Source of the DNA: Armatimonadia bacterium
Lineage (GTDB): Bacteria; Armatimonadota; Zipacnadia; Zipacnadales; UBA11051
Reading direction: 5' to 3'
NCBI GenBank assembly: GCA_039683575.1
Contig: JBDKRC010000196.1
Span: forward strand, 1 to 64,000
Length of the DNA: 64,000 nucleotides
Part shown: positions 26,620 to 36,983 of the stretch, one piece after another
How positions within the stretch are numbered: the first letter of the stretch is position 1
How the letters are laid out: each line of letters starts with the position of its first letter
Translations under genes and position numbers: made by a program
The notes under the pieces: model-generated
Seen by the model: the letters and a program-made list of their open reading frames with translations, nothing else
What the model was told of the DNA's origin: nothing
The model's database searches: none

Positions 26620-27552
26620 ATGCTGGCCTTTGACAACGCATGGTGGATAACCAGCGCGATCGGTCTGGCCAGCTTGCTGCGTGTCTGGATGGCCAACCTC
26701 GTGCGCCTGCCCAAATGGGTGTCGTGGGCGCTGGCCGGCGTGGTGCTGATCATCGGGATCTGGCGCTTCTCGCTGGCCCTTCATGCCCAGGCCCTCATGA
26801 TCACGCCGACCCCCGGAGTGCTGCGGCTGACTGTCCTCGTGACTCTGGGTGTCATCGCCCTGGTGCTGTACCTGTTTGACTACGAGCGGGCACAGAAGTA
26901 CAAGGCTTCGATCCTAGAGTTCATTGATTCCGTCCTGATCGCTCTGCTCCTGGTCTTCTGCATCCTGCGGCCGTTCGTTATCCAGGCCTTCTTCATCCCC
27001 TCCGGCTCAATGCTGGACACGCTCCAGATCAACGACCGCATCATAGTCAACAAGTTTGTGTTCTTCTTCCGTGAGCCTAAGCACGGAGAGATCATCGTCT
27101 TCCGCGCGCCGCCGCAGGCGGATCCCGGCAAGAAGGACTTCATCAAGCGCGTCATGGGGCTTCCCGGGGACCATATCTCCGTGCATGACGAGAAGGTCTG
27201 GCGGAATGGCCAGCCGCTCGACGAGCCGTACGTGAGGGAAACGATCGGATATAACTGGCCAGTTCTGGGGCGGGATACGTTTGCGCCCGGCGTGCTGGTG
27301 GACAGCACCAAGGGCGGGCGTGACTGGCCAATCATAGGTAATGATGGGATGCCAGCGAGGGTCGGCGAGGTTGTGGTGCCGCCCGGAGGGGTGCTCGTTA
27401 TGGGTGATAACCGTAACGATTCTGCCGACAGCCATGCTTGGCCCCAGTCAGACCCCACTGCGCAGAGAGAGCCGTTTGTGCCCCGGGAAAACGTACTGGG
27501 CGAGGCGAGACTGATTTTCTGGCCGCTGCGACGCATGACGCTGATTGAGTGA
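26620..27552 (+). CDS. lepB: Signal peptidase I with an N-terminal multi-TM extension
   Basis: IPSGSM (catalytic Ser), FIKRV (Lys), MGDNRNDSADS; three extra hydrophobic helices at the N-terminus. Confidence 0.93.
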   Translation: MLAFDNAWWITSAIGLASLLRVWMANLVRLPKWVSWALAGVVLIIGIWRFSLALHAQALMITPTPGVLRLTVLVTLGVIALVLYLFDYERAQKYKASILEFIDSVLIALLLVFCILRPFVIQAFFIPSGSMLDTLQINDRIIVNKFVFFFREPKHGEIIVFRAPPQADPGKKDFIKRVMGLPGDHISVHDEKVWRNGQPLDEPYVRETIGYNWPVLGRDTFAPGVLVDSTKGGRDWPIIGNDGMPARVGEVVVPPGGVLVMGDNRNDSADSHAWPQSDPTAQREPFVPRENVLGEARLIFWPLRRMTLIE

Positions 27553-27769
27553 GGGGTGGCGGGGAACCTTGAGTGCCTATTTGAGCCACCCCTTATTAGC
27601 GGGTGGCTCACGCGTTCTCGGGGGCGGGCGGTTCGAGATTGCCCTTCAACCATCACACCACAATGTTGTATAATGATTTGAATATGAGCAGTGCCAACTG
27701 CCGTCTGTTCCCCGGCGGCCGCGAAACACTTCAGACGAGACTTTCATCTTCCCTGAGAGGGGGAATAGC

Positions 27770-28879
27770 ATGATCCTGCTGCGCGGACTATGGTCGCTGT
27801 TTGTTGTCGCGGTAACCGCGATCGGCGTCATGGCCGGTCAGATTGTCCACACTCTTGTGGCCTATCGTCTCGATAGGCTGGACAACCTCGGGCCATACGA
27901 AAAGACTTCGTTTCACGTGGGGCTGCTTGTAGTTGGCGGCCTGATCGGCTTCCTGGTTTCGCTCTATTCCTTCCGTGCATTGGTGCATTTCGTCACGCGC
28001 CTTGAGGGCGTGTCACTTCTGGACAAGGTCTCGGCAGTCGTCGGCGTACTGCTGGGCCTGGTAGTTGGTCTGATGGCCACAGCGCCATTCGGCGCCGGGG
28101 CCTTCGGCCTGCCTATCCGAATCTTTGGCACCATGGTGTGCGTCATTCTGGGCGTCGGTTTTGCGATCAGCGCCAAACAGCAACTCATGTATGTCTTCCC
28201 GAGCCTCGCAACCCGCACACCAGTGAGTGAAGACCAAGTGGCCGCCCGGGCCAAGATGCTGGACACTAACATCATCATTGACGGTCGGATTGCTGATATC
28301 TGTGGGACGGGGTTCCTTGAGGGTCCCATCCTGGTGCCGGGGTTTGTGCTGCGGGAACTCCATCATATCGCCGATTCCGCCGACAGTCTTAAGCGCGCTC
28401 GCGGGCGACGGGGTCTCGAGGTCCTCAATCGCCTCAACAAGATGACCGCGGCTGATGTTCACATCTTCGAGGAATACCCCGCCAGCGACCAACCCGGTGA
28501 AGAGGTTGATGTGCGGCTGGTCAAGCTCGCGAAGGAACTCGCGGCCGCAGTGGTCACCAATGACTACTCAGTCAACGAAATCGCCAAGCTGCACAATGTC
28601 AAAGTGCTGAACGTGAACGAACTGGCCGGCGCCATGCGGCCTGTCTATCTGCCGGGCGAAGAGACCATGGTCACGATCGTCAAGGAGGGCAAGGAGCCCG
28701 GTCAGGGGGTAGCCTACCTCGACGACGGCACGATGGTCGTTGTTGAGAAGGCCGCTCGTTTCGTGGGGCAGATGGTCCCCGCAGTGGTGACGAGTGCCCT
28801 GCAGACCAGCGCCGGTAAGATGATATTCGCCGATCTGGCCACCGATGACGCAGATGCCAAGGCGGCCGGCAAGCGGTGA
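27770..28879 (+). CDS. PIN/TRAM domain membrane protein (YacL-like)
   Basis: TM helices, LDTNIIIDGRI, RGRRGL, VTND, GVAYLDDGTMVVV, LQTSAGKMIF. Confidence 0.92.
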   Translation: MILLRGLWSLFVVAVTAIGVMAGQIVHTLVAYRLDRLDNLGPYEKTSFHVGLLVVGGLIGFLVSLYSFRALVHFVTRLEGVSLLDKVSAVVGVLLGLVVGLMATAPFGAGAFGLPIRIFGTMVCVILGVGFAISAKQQLMYVFPSLATRTPVSEDQVAARAKMLDTNIIIDGRIADICGTGFLEGPILVPGFVLRELHHIADSADSLKRARGRRGLEVLNRLNKMTAADVHIFEEYPASDQPGEEVDVRLVKLAKELAAAVVTNDYSVNEIAKLHNVKVLNVNELAGAMRPVYLPGEETMVTIVKEGKEPGQGVAYLDDGTMVVVEKAARFVGQMVPAVVTSALQTSAGKMIFADLATDDADAKAAGKR

Positions 28880-30051
28880 GTGAACGCGTCGCGGCCCTGA
28901 TTGTCGCCGCCGGCTCGGGTACCCGTTTCGGCTGCGCACTTCCCAAAGTCTTCGCGCCTCTGTCAGGACGTCCGCTCCTCTGCTGGTCACTTCGTGCTTT
29001 TGGCACACATCCCGAGGTCGATGAAGTCGTTGTAGTCGCCGCCACGGAATACGCCGCCCAGGCCAGGAGCTTGTGCGAGGCTGAGCTGTCGGTGCCCTGG
29101 CAGGTGGTCGAGGGTGGCTCTGAGCGGCGGGTATCGGTGTACAACGGCCTGGCTGCGCTGCAAAGCAACCCGCCTGACATTGTGGCCATCCACGACGGGG
29201 CGCGGCCGCTGGTGAGCAGCGAGGTCATCAGTGACAGCCTGCGAGTGTGCCGGGATCATGGGGCGGCGCTGGCAGCCGTAGGGGCCGTTGACACTGTCAA
29301 GCAGGCCGACCCGAATGGCCTGGTAACCGCGACCCTGGACCGCAGCAATATCTTCCTCGCCCAGACCCCGCAGACGTTCTCCTACAGGCTCATATTTGAC
29401 GCACACGAGCGGGCCGCGCGGGAGCAGTGTGAAGTCACCGATGATGCGATGCTGCTTGAGCGATTCGGTTCGCCGGTGCATCTGAGCCGCGGGGAGAGCC
29501 ACAACCTGAAGATCACCATGCCGGAGGACCTGAAGTTGGCAGAATGGTTGCTCCAAGGCCAGAACCCCGCGCCACGAGTGGGGCACGGCTACGATCTGCA
29601 CCGGCTGGTGGAGGGGAGACGGCTGGTGCTCGGCGGGATCGAGATACCACACACCAAGGGCCTGCTCGGCCATTCTGACGCCGATGCGGCGCTGCATGCC
29701 ATCTGTGACGCCATCCTGGGGGCCTGCGCGCTGGGCGACATAGGCCGGCATTTCCCCGACACGGACGCTGCCTACAAGGACGCCGACAGCCGCGAACTCA
29801 CGCGGCAAGTCGTTGCTTTGGCGCGCGAGGCCGGTTGGCGGGTAGGTAACGTAGATGTGACGATCATGGCCCAGGAGCCGAAGCTGGCACCGCACAATGC
29901 GGCCATGCGAGAAGCTACGGCTGCCGCTCTCAATGTGCCGGTCGAGCAGGTTAGCTTCAAAGCCACGACTAACGAAGGCCTCGACTCCATCGGACGGGGC
30001 GAGGCCATCGCGGCGCATGCTTTCATCGTTATGCTGCCGATTTCTACATAG
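28876..30051 (+). CDS. ispDF: Bifunctional IspD/IspF
   Basis: AAGSGTRFG, IHDGARP, AQTPQ, TDDA, KIT; GHGYDLH, GHSDAD, DIGRHFPD, KATTNE. Confidence 0.95.
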   Translation: MSERVAALIVAAGSGTRFGCALPKVFAPLSGRPLLCWSLRAFGTHPEVDEVVVVAATEYAAQARSLCEAELSVPWQVVEGGSERRVSVYNGLAALQSNPPDIVAIHDGARPLVSSEVISDSLRVCRDHGAALAAVGAVDTVKQADPNGLVTATLDRSNIFLAQTPQTFSYRLIFDAHERAAREQCEVTDDAMLLERFGSPVHLSRGESHNLKITMPEDLKLAEWLLQGQNPAPRVGHGYDLHRLVEGRRLVLGGIEIPHTKGLLGHSDADAALHAICDAILGACALGDIGRHFPDTDAAYKDADSRELTRQVVALAREAGWRVGNVDVTIMAQEPKLAPHNAAMREATAAALNVPVEQVSFKATTNEGLDSIGRGEAIAAHAFIVMLPIST

Positions 30052-30091
30052 AATGCGAGTTCCGCTGTAGCCGGGAAGATGGAGGATTTAC

Positions 30092-32011
30092 GTGCAAGGT
30101 ACCATTGCTGAGAAGATTCTGAAGGCCCATCTCGTCGAGGGCGAACTGAAGCCGGGCACTGAGATTGGGCTACGGATTGACCAGACGCTCACCCAGGACT
30201 CCACAGGGACGATGGCGTACCTGCAGTTCGAAGCGCTTGGCGTGCCCCGGGTAAGGACCGAACTATCCGTTGCATATGTGGATCACAACACCCTGCAGTC
30301 TGGTCCTGAAAGCGCCGACGATCACAAGTACCTGCAGACCGTGGCGGCAAAGCACGGCGTAGTTTTCTCGCGGCCCGGCAATGGGATCTGCCACCAGGTG
30401 CATCTAGAACGCTTCGGCCGGCCCGGCAAGACGCTCCTTGGGTCAGACAGCCACACCCCCACCGCGGGCGGCATTGGGATGCTCGGCATCGGCGCCGGCG
30501 GGCTGGATGTCGCGGTCGCGATGGCCGGGGCGCCCTACTTCACGCCCTGCCCGAAGGTGCTCGGCGTGAAGTTGACCGGGCAGTTGCGGGACTGGGTCTC
30601 AGCCAAGGATATCATCCTTGAGCTGCTGCGGCGCCTGTCGGTCAAGGGCGGCGTCGGGCGCATTGTCGAGTACTTTGGGCCTGGCGTGGCTTCCCTGAGT
30701 GTGCCTGAGCGGGCCACCATCACCAACATGGGCGCGGAACTGGGTGCCACCTCTTCCCTATTCCCCAGCGATGAGCGGACGCGCGAGTTCCTGGCGGCCC
30801 AGGGGCGCGAGGATGCGTTCACTCCCCTTGCCGCCGACGAGGGCGCCGAGTATGACGAGATCGTCGAGATTGATCTGTCATCACTGGAACCCATGATCGC
30901 ACAGCCGCACAGCCCCGACGCAGTCGTAAGCGTGAGCAGCATCGCAGGGCGGAAAGTGGATCAGGTATGCATCGGCAGCTGCACCAACTCGTCCTATCGC
31001 GACATGATGATGGTTGCGGCGATCCTGCGCGGCCGCCACATCCATCCCGACACCAGTCTCACGATTTCACCTGGCTCCCGGCAGGTTCTGAAGATGCTGG
31101 CCAGCAACGGTGCCCTGGCCGATATGCTCGGGGCGGGCGCACGTGTGCTCGAGTCCGCCTGCGGCCCCTGCATCGGCATGGGCCAGGCTCCCGTGTCATC
31201 AGGGGCTTCGGCCCGTTCCTTCAACCGTAACTTCGAGGGGCGCAGCGGCACCAAGTCTGCAGACGTCTTCCTGGCCTCACCTGAGGTATGTGCCACGACG
31301 GCCCTGGCAGGGGAACTGGCTGACCCACGAGCTTTGGGGCAGGCGCCAGAGATCGCCGCGCCCGAGCGTTTTGATCTCGATGACAGCATGCTCCTGGCGC
31401 CCGCGCCGGAAGGGGCTGCGGTTGAGGTCGTGCGCGGGCCGAACATCAAACCCGTGCCGACCCGTGGGCCGCTGGCGGATACCATCGGCTTCAAGGTGCT
31501 GCTGAAGGTCGGGGATAACATCACAACCGACCACATCTCACCCGCCGGCGCGAAGTACCTGCCGATGCGCTCGAACGTCCCCGCGCTCTCGGAGCATGTG
31601 TTTGAGGGTGTCGATCCAAGCTTTGCGGGTCGCGCGCTTGAGACTGGCGGCGGGGCTATCGTGGGCGGGGATAACTACGGTCAGGGCTCCAGTCGCGAAC
31701 ATGCGGCCATGTGCCCGCTTCATCTGGGCATCCAGGCCGTGCTGGCGACCTCGTTCGCACGCATCCATAAGGCGAACCTGATCAACTTCGGCATCCTGCC
31801 CCTCGAAATCGCCAAGGATGATTACGAGGCACTGCAGCAGGGCGATGAGTTGCAGCTTGAGGGCGTGTACCAGGGGTTGGAGCAGGGGGAACTCGTGGTG
31901 CAGAACGTGACTCAGGGGAAGGACCTGAAGGCAACGATCACGATCTCCGAGCGGCAGAGGGACATCCTGAGGGCCGGCGGGACGCTGAACTACGTGAAGC
32001 AGAACCAGTAG
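30092..32011 (+). CDS. Aconitate hydratase (short aconitase type)
   Basis: DSHT, CIGSCTN, ACGPCIG, NRNFEGR, ITTDHI, NYGQGSSREHA. Confidence 0.9.
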   Translation: MQGTIAEKILKAHLVEGELKPGTEIGLRIDQTLTQDSTGTMAYLQFEALGVPRVRTELSVAYVDHNTLQSGPESADDHKYLQTVAAKHGVVFSRPGNGICHQVHLERFGRPGKTLLGSDSHTPTAGGIGMLGIGAGGLDVAVAMAGAPYFTPCPKVLGVKLTGQLRDWVSAKDIILELLRRLSVKGGVGRIVEYFGPGVASLSVPERATITNMGAELGATSSLFPSDERTREFLAAQGREDAFTPLAADEGAEYDEIVEIDLSSLEPMIAQPHSPDAVVSVSSIAGRKVDQVCIGSCTNSSYRDMMMVAAILRGRHIHPDTSLTISPGSRQVLKMLASNGALADMLGAGARVLESACGPCIGMGQAPVSSGASARSFNRNFEGRSGTKSADVFLASPEVCATTALAGELADPRALGQAPEIAAPERFDLDDSMLLAPAPEGAAVEVVRGPNIKPVPTRGPLADTIGFKVLLKVGDNITTDHISPAGAKYLPMRSNVPALSEHVFEGVDPSFAGRALETGGGAIVGGDNYGQGSSREHAAMCPLHLGIQAVLATSFARIHKANLINFGILPLEIAKDDYEALQQGDELQLEGVYQGLEQGELVVQNVTQGKDLKATITISERQRDILRAGGTLNYVKQNQ

Positions 32012-32032
32012 TCCAATAGGCAGAGAGAAAGC

Positions 32033-32063
32033 AAAAGGGGCCGCCACAGGCGGCCCTTTTTTT
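32033..32063. terminator. Bidirectional intrinsic terminator
   Basis: AAAAGGGGCCGCC-ACA-GGCGGCCCTTTTTTT between convergent genes. Confidence 0.88.
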
Positions 32064-32072
32064 CGTGCCTGA

Positions 32073-32891
32073 TCAGGCGAACTCCCTGGCCAATGCCGCG
32101 TTCATCGCGACCTGGTTGAGGTCCCGCTGGAACATCCCCACCACCACTCCGTCGGTCGGCTTGATGTTCTCGAAGGCATACTTGAAGGCTTCGCGGACGC
32201 AATCTTCGCTATCGCACTTCCGGCTTGCCGCCAGGATCTTGAAGCCGAGGCAGGGCTTGTCAGTCGCCCGCATGACGGCCGTCATGCGGTCCCGGTCAGC
32301 GTCATCGTAGATCTCACCGCCGACGAATGAGAACGCCGAGCCGGTCGCAGGACGGGCAATCCCAAGGGTATAGAAGCACGTCATGTAGAAATCGACATTC
32401 CACTCGTGCTCCTCAGCATACTCGATGACCTCGGGACGATGACTACCCAGGCCAACGACGACCCCGCATTCGCGCATGACGTCCAGACGCGGGCGCACCT
32501 CGTCCAACCGGCCTTCGCGCCACATAGCATCGGTGCACGAGCCATGGTGGTAGATGGCGATGGCGCCGTTGGCAGCCGCCTGTCGGATGTTGCCCGGGAT
32601 GTCGGCGTGCTCGGATGCGGTCTGCGCGATCCACTTTAGCTTGCCGCCCTCGTTGCGATACTCGCGGTTGGCGCGCATGATGTGGCGGTCGGCGCGGGTC
32701 TGCATGCAGTTGATCCCCTGCTTCTCCGCCTCGAACAGCGCCGCCTTGATGTTGTCGTTGGTATAGTAGTCCATGAAGGCCGTGTCCATCTCCTGCGACG
32801 TGTGCGACCCGCCGGAGAAGGGGTTGCCCCCAATGATGAGACGGGTGATCTCGTGCGGCCCCAGCTTGATCGTTGGCAGCAAATCAGACAT
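32073..32891 (-). CDS. Aldo/keto reductase-like TIM-barrel protein
   Basis: IKLGPHEITRLIIGGNPF, GFKILAA, VVVGM; TGATG coupling to uvrC. Confidence 0.65.
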   Translation of the reverse strand: MSDLLPTIKLGPHEITRLIIGGNPFSGGSHTSQEMDTAFMDYYTNDNIKAALFEAEKQGINCMQTRADRHIMRANREYRNEGGKLKWIAQTASEHADIPGNIRQAAANGAIAIYHHGSCTDAMWREGRLDEVRPRLDVMRECGVVVGLGSHRPEVIEYAEEHEWNVDFYMTCFYTLGIARPATGSAFSFVGGEIYDDADRDRMTAVMRATDKPCLGFKILAASRKCDSEDCVREAFKYAFENIKPTDGVVVGMFQRDLNQVAMNAALAREFA

Positions 32892-34858
32892 CAGGTCGGC
32901 TCCTCGGTAGGTGGATCATCTTCGCGCTCTCCAGTGAACGGGCGCGCCTCGTGTAGCGCGTCCAGCAGGAACGCGTGAAGCTTGCGCGCCGCTGGTAGGT
33001 TCATTCCTTCGACGGCCGCGAGTTCCTCCACAGAGGCCTCGCTCATCGCCTGTATGGAGGGAAACGCACGGAACAACGCGGCCCGGCGGGTGTGGCCGAT
33101 GCCGGAGACCATGTCCAGTTGAGAACGCGTAACGGTCCTGCTGCGCAGCCCCTCATGGTACGAATGCGCGAAGCGGTGGGCCTCGTCGCGAAGGCGCTGG
33201 AGGAGAAATCCGCCGCGTGGATGGCCTTCCATGTTCAGTGGCTCCGACGCCCCCGGCACGAAGACCTCCTCTTCCCTCTTCGCCAGCCCCACGAGTGCAA
33301 TCTGCTCCATGCCTTCGTCTTCGAGCACCTTGGCGGCGGTGCTGACTTGTCCCTTGCCGCCGTCCACCAGGATCAGATCGGGCAGGGGCAGGAACTTCTC
33401 ATCGCCGGCGGCACCACGACGCAGGCGACGCCGGATCATCTCGGCCATCATCGCATAGTCGTCGGGCTTACCCTCGAGCCGGATCTTGAAGCGGCGGTAG
33501 TGCTTCTTGTCCGGCAGGCCGTCAGTGAAGACGACCATCGAGCCGACCGCCTCCTGGCCCTGCAGGTTTGAGATATCGTAGCATTCGATGCGGGCAGGCC
33601 GCTCATCCATTTCGAGCGTTTCCGCAAGGTCATTGAGCGCCGCGAGGTTCTCCCGCCGTTTGCGTCCCCGCTCTTCCTGCAGACGCACCAGGTTGAGCTT
33701 CGCGTTCTTGTCGGCCAGTTCCACCATCCGCCGCTTCTCCCCGCGCCTGGGAACGGCCATCTCGACCTTCCCCTCGCGCAGTTCCCCCAGCATCTTCTCC
33801 CACTGAGCCGTCTCGTCCAGCGGCTCAGGAAGCAGTATCTGCCGCGGAGGCGTCGCGTTCTGGCCGTAGTGCACCCCGAAGGCCGCCTCGATGACCTCAG
33901 CCGTAGTGCGACCCCGAACGTGCGAGAAGCTCAGGTGCTCCGGCGCGAGTAGACGCCCCTGCCGCACCGGAAAGACATCCACCACCGCGAAGTCTTCCTC
34001 CATCGCCACCCCGATGACGTCCTGATCGCGCTCTTCAGCGTTGTTGATGAGTTGGTCTTCGCCCGCGGCGTCCAGCACCCGGATCTTGTCCCGCCACGCC
34101 GCGGCACGCTCAAAGTCCAACTCTGCCGCTGCCGCTTCCATGCGCTCCTGGAACTGCTTTTTGACGTCTTCGGTGCGACCCTCGAGTAGCAGGATGACCT
34201 GATCCACTACCTGGTCATACTCAGCGGCGCTAATCTCCCCTCGGCAGGGCCCGACGCAGCGCTTGATGTGGTAGTTGAGGCACGGCCGCGTGGGCTTGGA
34301 GGGATCAAGAGCCCGCCTGCAGTGCCGGAGGCCAAACACCTGGCCGGCGATGTCGCGCATGCGCCACATGATGCTGGCTTGCGGGTACGGCCCGAATATC
34401 AGGCCGTCACGCATGCCATACACTTCGTGGCGCCGCGGGTCATGCAGCCCCCGGCGCAGCTTCCCGCGCCCACCAGGAATCCGCACCCGTGCATCTTTGG
34501 GAAGGTCTCGAACGACTATCAGGCGGGGGAACAGCTCGTTGGTCAGCTTCAGGTAGGGATAGCTCTTGTCGTCGGCGAGGCGGATGTTGTAAAGGGGCTT
34601 GTGTTCCTTGATGAGGTTGGATTCGAGCAGCAGGGCTTCCATCTCGCTGCGAGTAACGATCCAGTCTACATCACGCGCCCGCTCGTGCATGACCTCTGCC
34701 CAGCCGCCGACACTGTCGCCACGAAAGTGCTGCAGCAGACGGTTACGCAGATCGCCTGCTTTGCCCACGTAGATGGGTTTGCCGTCGTCATCCTTGAATA
34801 TGTAGGCTCCCGGCTCGTGCGGGGAGGCCTTGATCTTGTGTTCGAGAGACTGGTCCAT
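32891..34858 (-). CDS. uvrC: Excinuclease ABC subunit C
   Basis: PGAY..IYVGKA GIY-YIG domain, UVR domain, RIECYDIS, DGGKGQ, RDEAHRFA, HhH. Confidence 0.96.
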   Translation of the reverse strand: MDQSLEHKIKASPHEPGAYIFKDDDGKPIYVGKAGDLRNRLLQHFRGDSVGGWAEVMHERARDVDWIVTRSEMEALLLESNLIKEHKPLYNIRLADDKSYPYLKLTNELFPRLIVVRDLPKDARVRIPGGRGKLRRGLHDPRRHEVYGMRDGLIFGPYPQASIMWRMRDIAGQVFGLRHCRRALDPSKPTRPCLNYHIKRCVGPCRGEISAAEYDQVVDQVILLLEGRTEDVKKQFQERMEAAAAELDFERAAAWRDKIRVLDAAGEDQLINNAEERDQDVIGVAMEEDFAVVDVFPVRQGRLLAPEHLSFSHVRGRTTAEVIEAAFGVHYGQNATPPRQILLPEPLDETAQWEKMLGELREGKVEMAVPRRGEKRRMVELADKNAKLNLVRLQEERGRKRRENLAALNDLAETLEMDERPARIECYDISNLQGQEAVGSMVVFTDGLPDKKHYRRFKIRLEGKPDDYAMMAEMIRRRLRRGAAGDEKFLPLPDLILVDGGKGQVSTAAKVLEDEGMEQIALVGLAKREEEVFVPGASEPLNMEGHPRGGFLLQRLRDEAHRFAHSYHEGLRSRTVTRSQLDMVSGIGHTRRAALFRAFPSIQAMSEASVEELAAVEGMNLPAARKLHAFLLDALHEARPFTGEREDDPPTEEPT

Positions 34859-34868
34859 CGTGGTTGTG

Positions 34869-36851
34869 CTAACTTGCCAGAAGCTGCCTTAGCTCCTTGA
34901 TCTCATCCCTCAGTTCGGCTGCTCGCTCGAAGTCGAGATCGGCCGCCGCGGTCTTCATCTCCGTCTCCAGCGCGCCAATGACATGCTCAAGATCGTCCGA
35001 ATCGAGCCTGTTCGCAATATCCTCGCCAATGAACCGCCGGGCCGCTTCCTGAACTTCCTGGGTTGCGCGCACCGTCTCGCGCACCCCCTTCTTCACCGTC
35101 TGGGGTATGATACCATGCTCTACATTATACGCGTGCTGCTTGATCCGGCGACGCTCAACCTCACCGAGTGCCGCCTTCATGGCCGCCGTAATACGGTCGG
35201 CGTACATGATGACCTTGCCCTCAACATGACGTGACGCGCGTCCCATGGTCTGCACGAGCGACGTCTCGGACCGCAGGAAACCTTCCTTGTCAGCATCCAG
35301 GATGGCCACAAGTGTCACTTCAGGCAGATCAAGGCCCTCCCGAAGGAGGTTTATGCCCACAAGCACATCATACTCGCCCAGACGCAGGTTACGCAGTAGC
35401 TCCTGACGATCCAAAGTCTCCACATCGGAGTGCAGATAGTGCACCCGCACCCCAAGCTCCGCGAGATAGTCCGTCAGGTCCTCGGCCATGCGTTTGGTCA
35501 GGGTGGTGACCAGCACCCGCTGCTCCTTGGCCACGCGAGCATTGATCTCAGCCACCAGATCGTCAATCTGCCCATCGGTCGGGCGCACGTCGACCTCAGG
35601 ATCGAGAAGCCCTGTAGGCCGAACCACGCACTCCACGATTTGTGTCGCCCGTTGCAGTTCATAGGGGCCCGGTGTGGCGGAGAGGTAGATCACCTGACTG
35701 ATGCGCTCTTCCCATTCCTTGAAGGTGAGTGGCCGGTTGTCCAGCGCCGAGGGCAGTCTGAAGCCATATTCGACGAGGTTCTCCTTGCGCGATCGATCCC
35801 CCGAGTACATCGCCCGCAATTGCGGGATGGTCTGGTGCGACTCATCCACGATGACCAGGAAGTCCTGCGGAAAGTAATCGAGCAGGGTATATGGCGGCTG
35901 TCCTGCCACGCGTCCGTCCATGTGCCGCGAGTAGTTTTCGATGCCTTGGCAGTACCCGATCTCGCGGATCATCTCCATGTCGTACCGCGTGCGCTGCTCC
36001 AGGCGCTGTGCTTCGAGCAGTTTGCCGCGCTTGTGTAGCTCGGCAAGACGCTCGTTGAGTTCCTCTTCGATGGTCTGCAACGCGCGATCAAGTCGCTCGC
36101 GAGAGGCAACGAAGTGGGTAGCCGGGTATACCGTCAGGCGGTCCTTGCCCTCCATCACCTCGCCGGTTAGCTGGTCGACCAGCACGATGCGCTCGATCTC
36201 GTCACCAAACAGCTCCAGCCGGATGATCAGGTCCTGCTCCACGGGGTGGATTTCGATGACTTCCCCGCGCGCGCGGAACGTGCCGCGGTCCAGGGCGATG
36301 TCATTGCGGGAGAACTGCATCTTGACTAACTGGCGGAGAATGGCGTCGCGCTCAATCTCCTGGCCACGCCGCACATTCAGCACTATCTCCTGGTACTGCT
36401 CCGGCGAACCCAGGCCGAAGATGCACGAAACCGAGGCAACCACGATCGTGTCCTTGCGCTCGCGCAACGCCTGGGTGGCCGAGTGGCGCAGACGATCGAT
36501 CTCCTCGTTGATCTGCGAGTCCTTCTCGATATAAGTGTCAGTCTGCGGCAGGTAGGCTTCCGGCTGGTAGTAATCGTAGTAGCTGACGAAGTACTCGCAG
36601 GCGTTATTGGGGAAGAACTCCTTGAACTCCATCGCCAACTGGCCTGCCAGCGTCTTGTTGTGAGCCAGCACCAGCGTCGGCCGCTGCACCTTCTCCACAA
36701 CGTTGGCGACCATGTAGGTCTTGCCAGAGCCTGTGACGCCAAGCAGCACTTGCTCCTTATCGCCGCGCATGACGCCCGCAGACAGCCCTGCAATGGCCTG
36801 CGGCTGGTCGCCGCGAGGCTCGTATTCGGATATGATCTCAAACTCAGGCAC
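34869..36851 (-). CDS. uvrB: Excinuclease ABC subunit B
   Basis: [39 protein letters not shown]; start taken at GTG 36851. Confidence 0.97.
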   Translation of the reverse strand: MPEFEIISEYEPRGDQPQAIAGLSAGVMRGDKEQVLLGVTGSGKTYMVANVVEKVQRPTLVLAHNKTLAGQLAMEFKEFFPNNACEYFVSYYDYYQPEAYLPQTDTYIEKDSQINEEIDRLRHSATQALRERKDTIVVASVSCIFGLGSPEQYQEIVLNVRRGQEIERDAILRQLVKMQFSRNDIALDRGTFRARGEVIEIHPVEQDLIIRLELFGDEIERIVLVDQLTGEVMEGKDRLTVYPATHFVASRERLDRALQTIEEELNERLAELHKRGKLLEAQRLEQRTRYDMEMIREIGYCQGIENYSRHMDGRVAGQPPYTLLDYFPQDFLVIVDESHQTIPQLRAMYSGDRSRKENLVEYGFRLPSALDNRPLTFKEWEERISQVIYLSATPGPYELQRATQIVECVVRPTGLLDPEVDVRPTDGQIDDLVAEINARVAKEQRVLVTTLTKRMAEDLTDYLAELGVRVHYLHSDVETLDRQELLRNLRLGEYDVLVGINLLREGLDLPEVTLVAILDADKEGFLRSETSLVQTMGRASRHVEGKVIMYADRITAAMKAALGEVERRRIKQHAYNVEHGIIPQTVKKGVRETVRATQEVQEAARRFIGEDIANRLDSDDLEHVIGALETEMKTAAADLDFERAAELRDEIKELRQLLAS

Positions 36852-36946
36852 TGTAGATGCTCCCGTGCGCCTGATGCCCCTCAGGCGCGAGCCGGCAATG
36901 CATACGTACACATCAGCTGTAGTAGCCGTGTGTATGGCAGCCGCAT

Positions 36947-36971
36947 ATTATACCATACAAACAAATGTTTG
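36947..36971 (-). promoter_or_regulatory. uvrB extended -10 promoter with a candidate LexA (GAAC-N4-GTTC type) box
   Basis: Minus strand TGgTATAAT (36955-36947) next to the palindrome CAAAC-AAAT-GTTTG (36958-36971). Confidence 0.55.
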
Positions 36972-36983
36972 GGGAGAGGCGCG

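Noticed and set aside
27582-27610. Hairpin TGAGCCACCC-N9-GGGTGGCTCA after lepB as a terminator or REP
   Set aside because: It is a real inverted repeat, but there is no U-tract and no second full copy in the window, so no function can be assigned.
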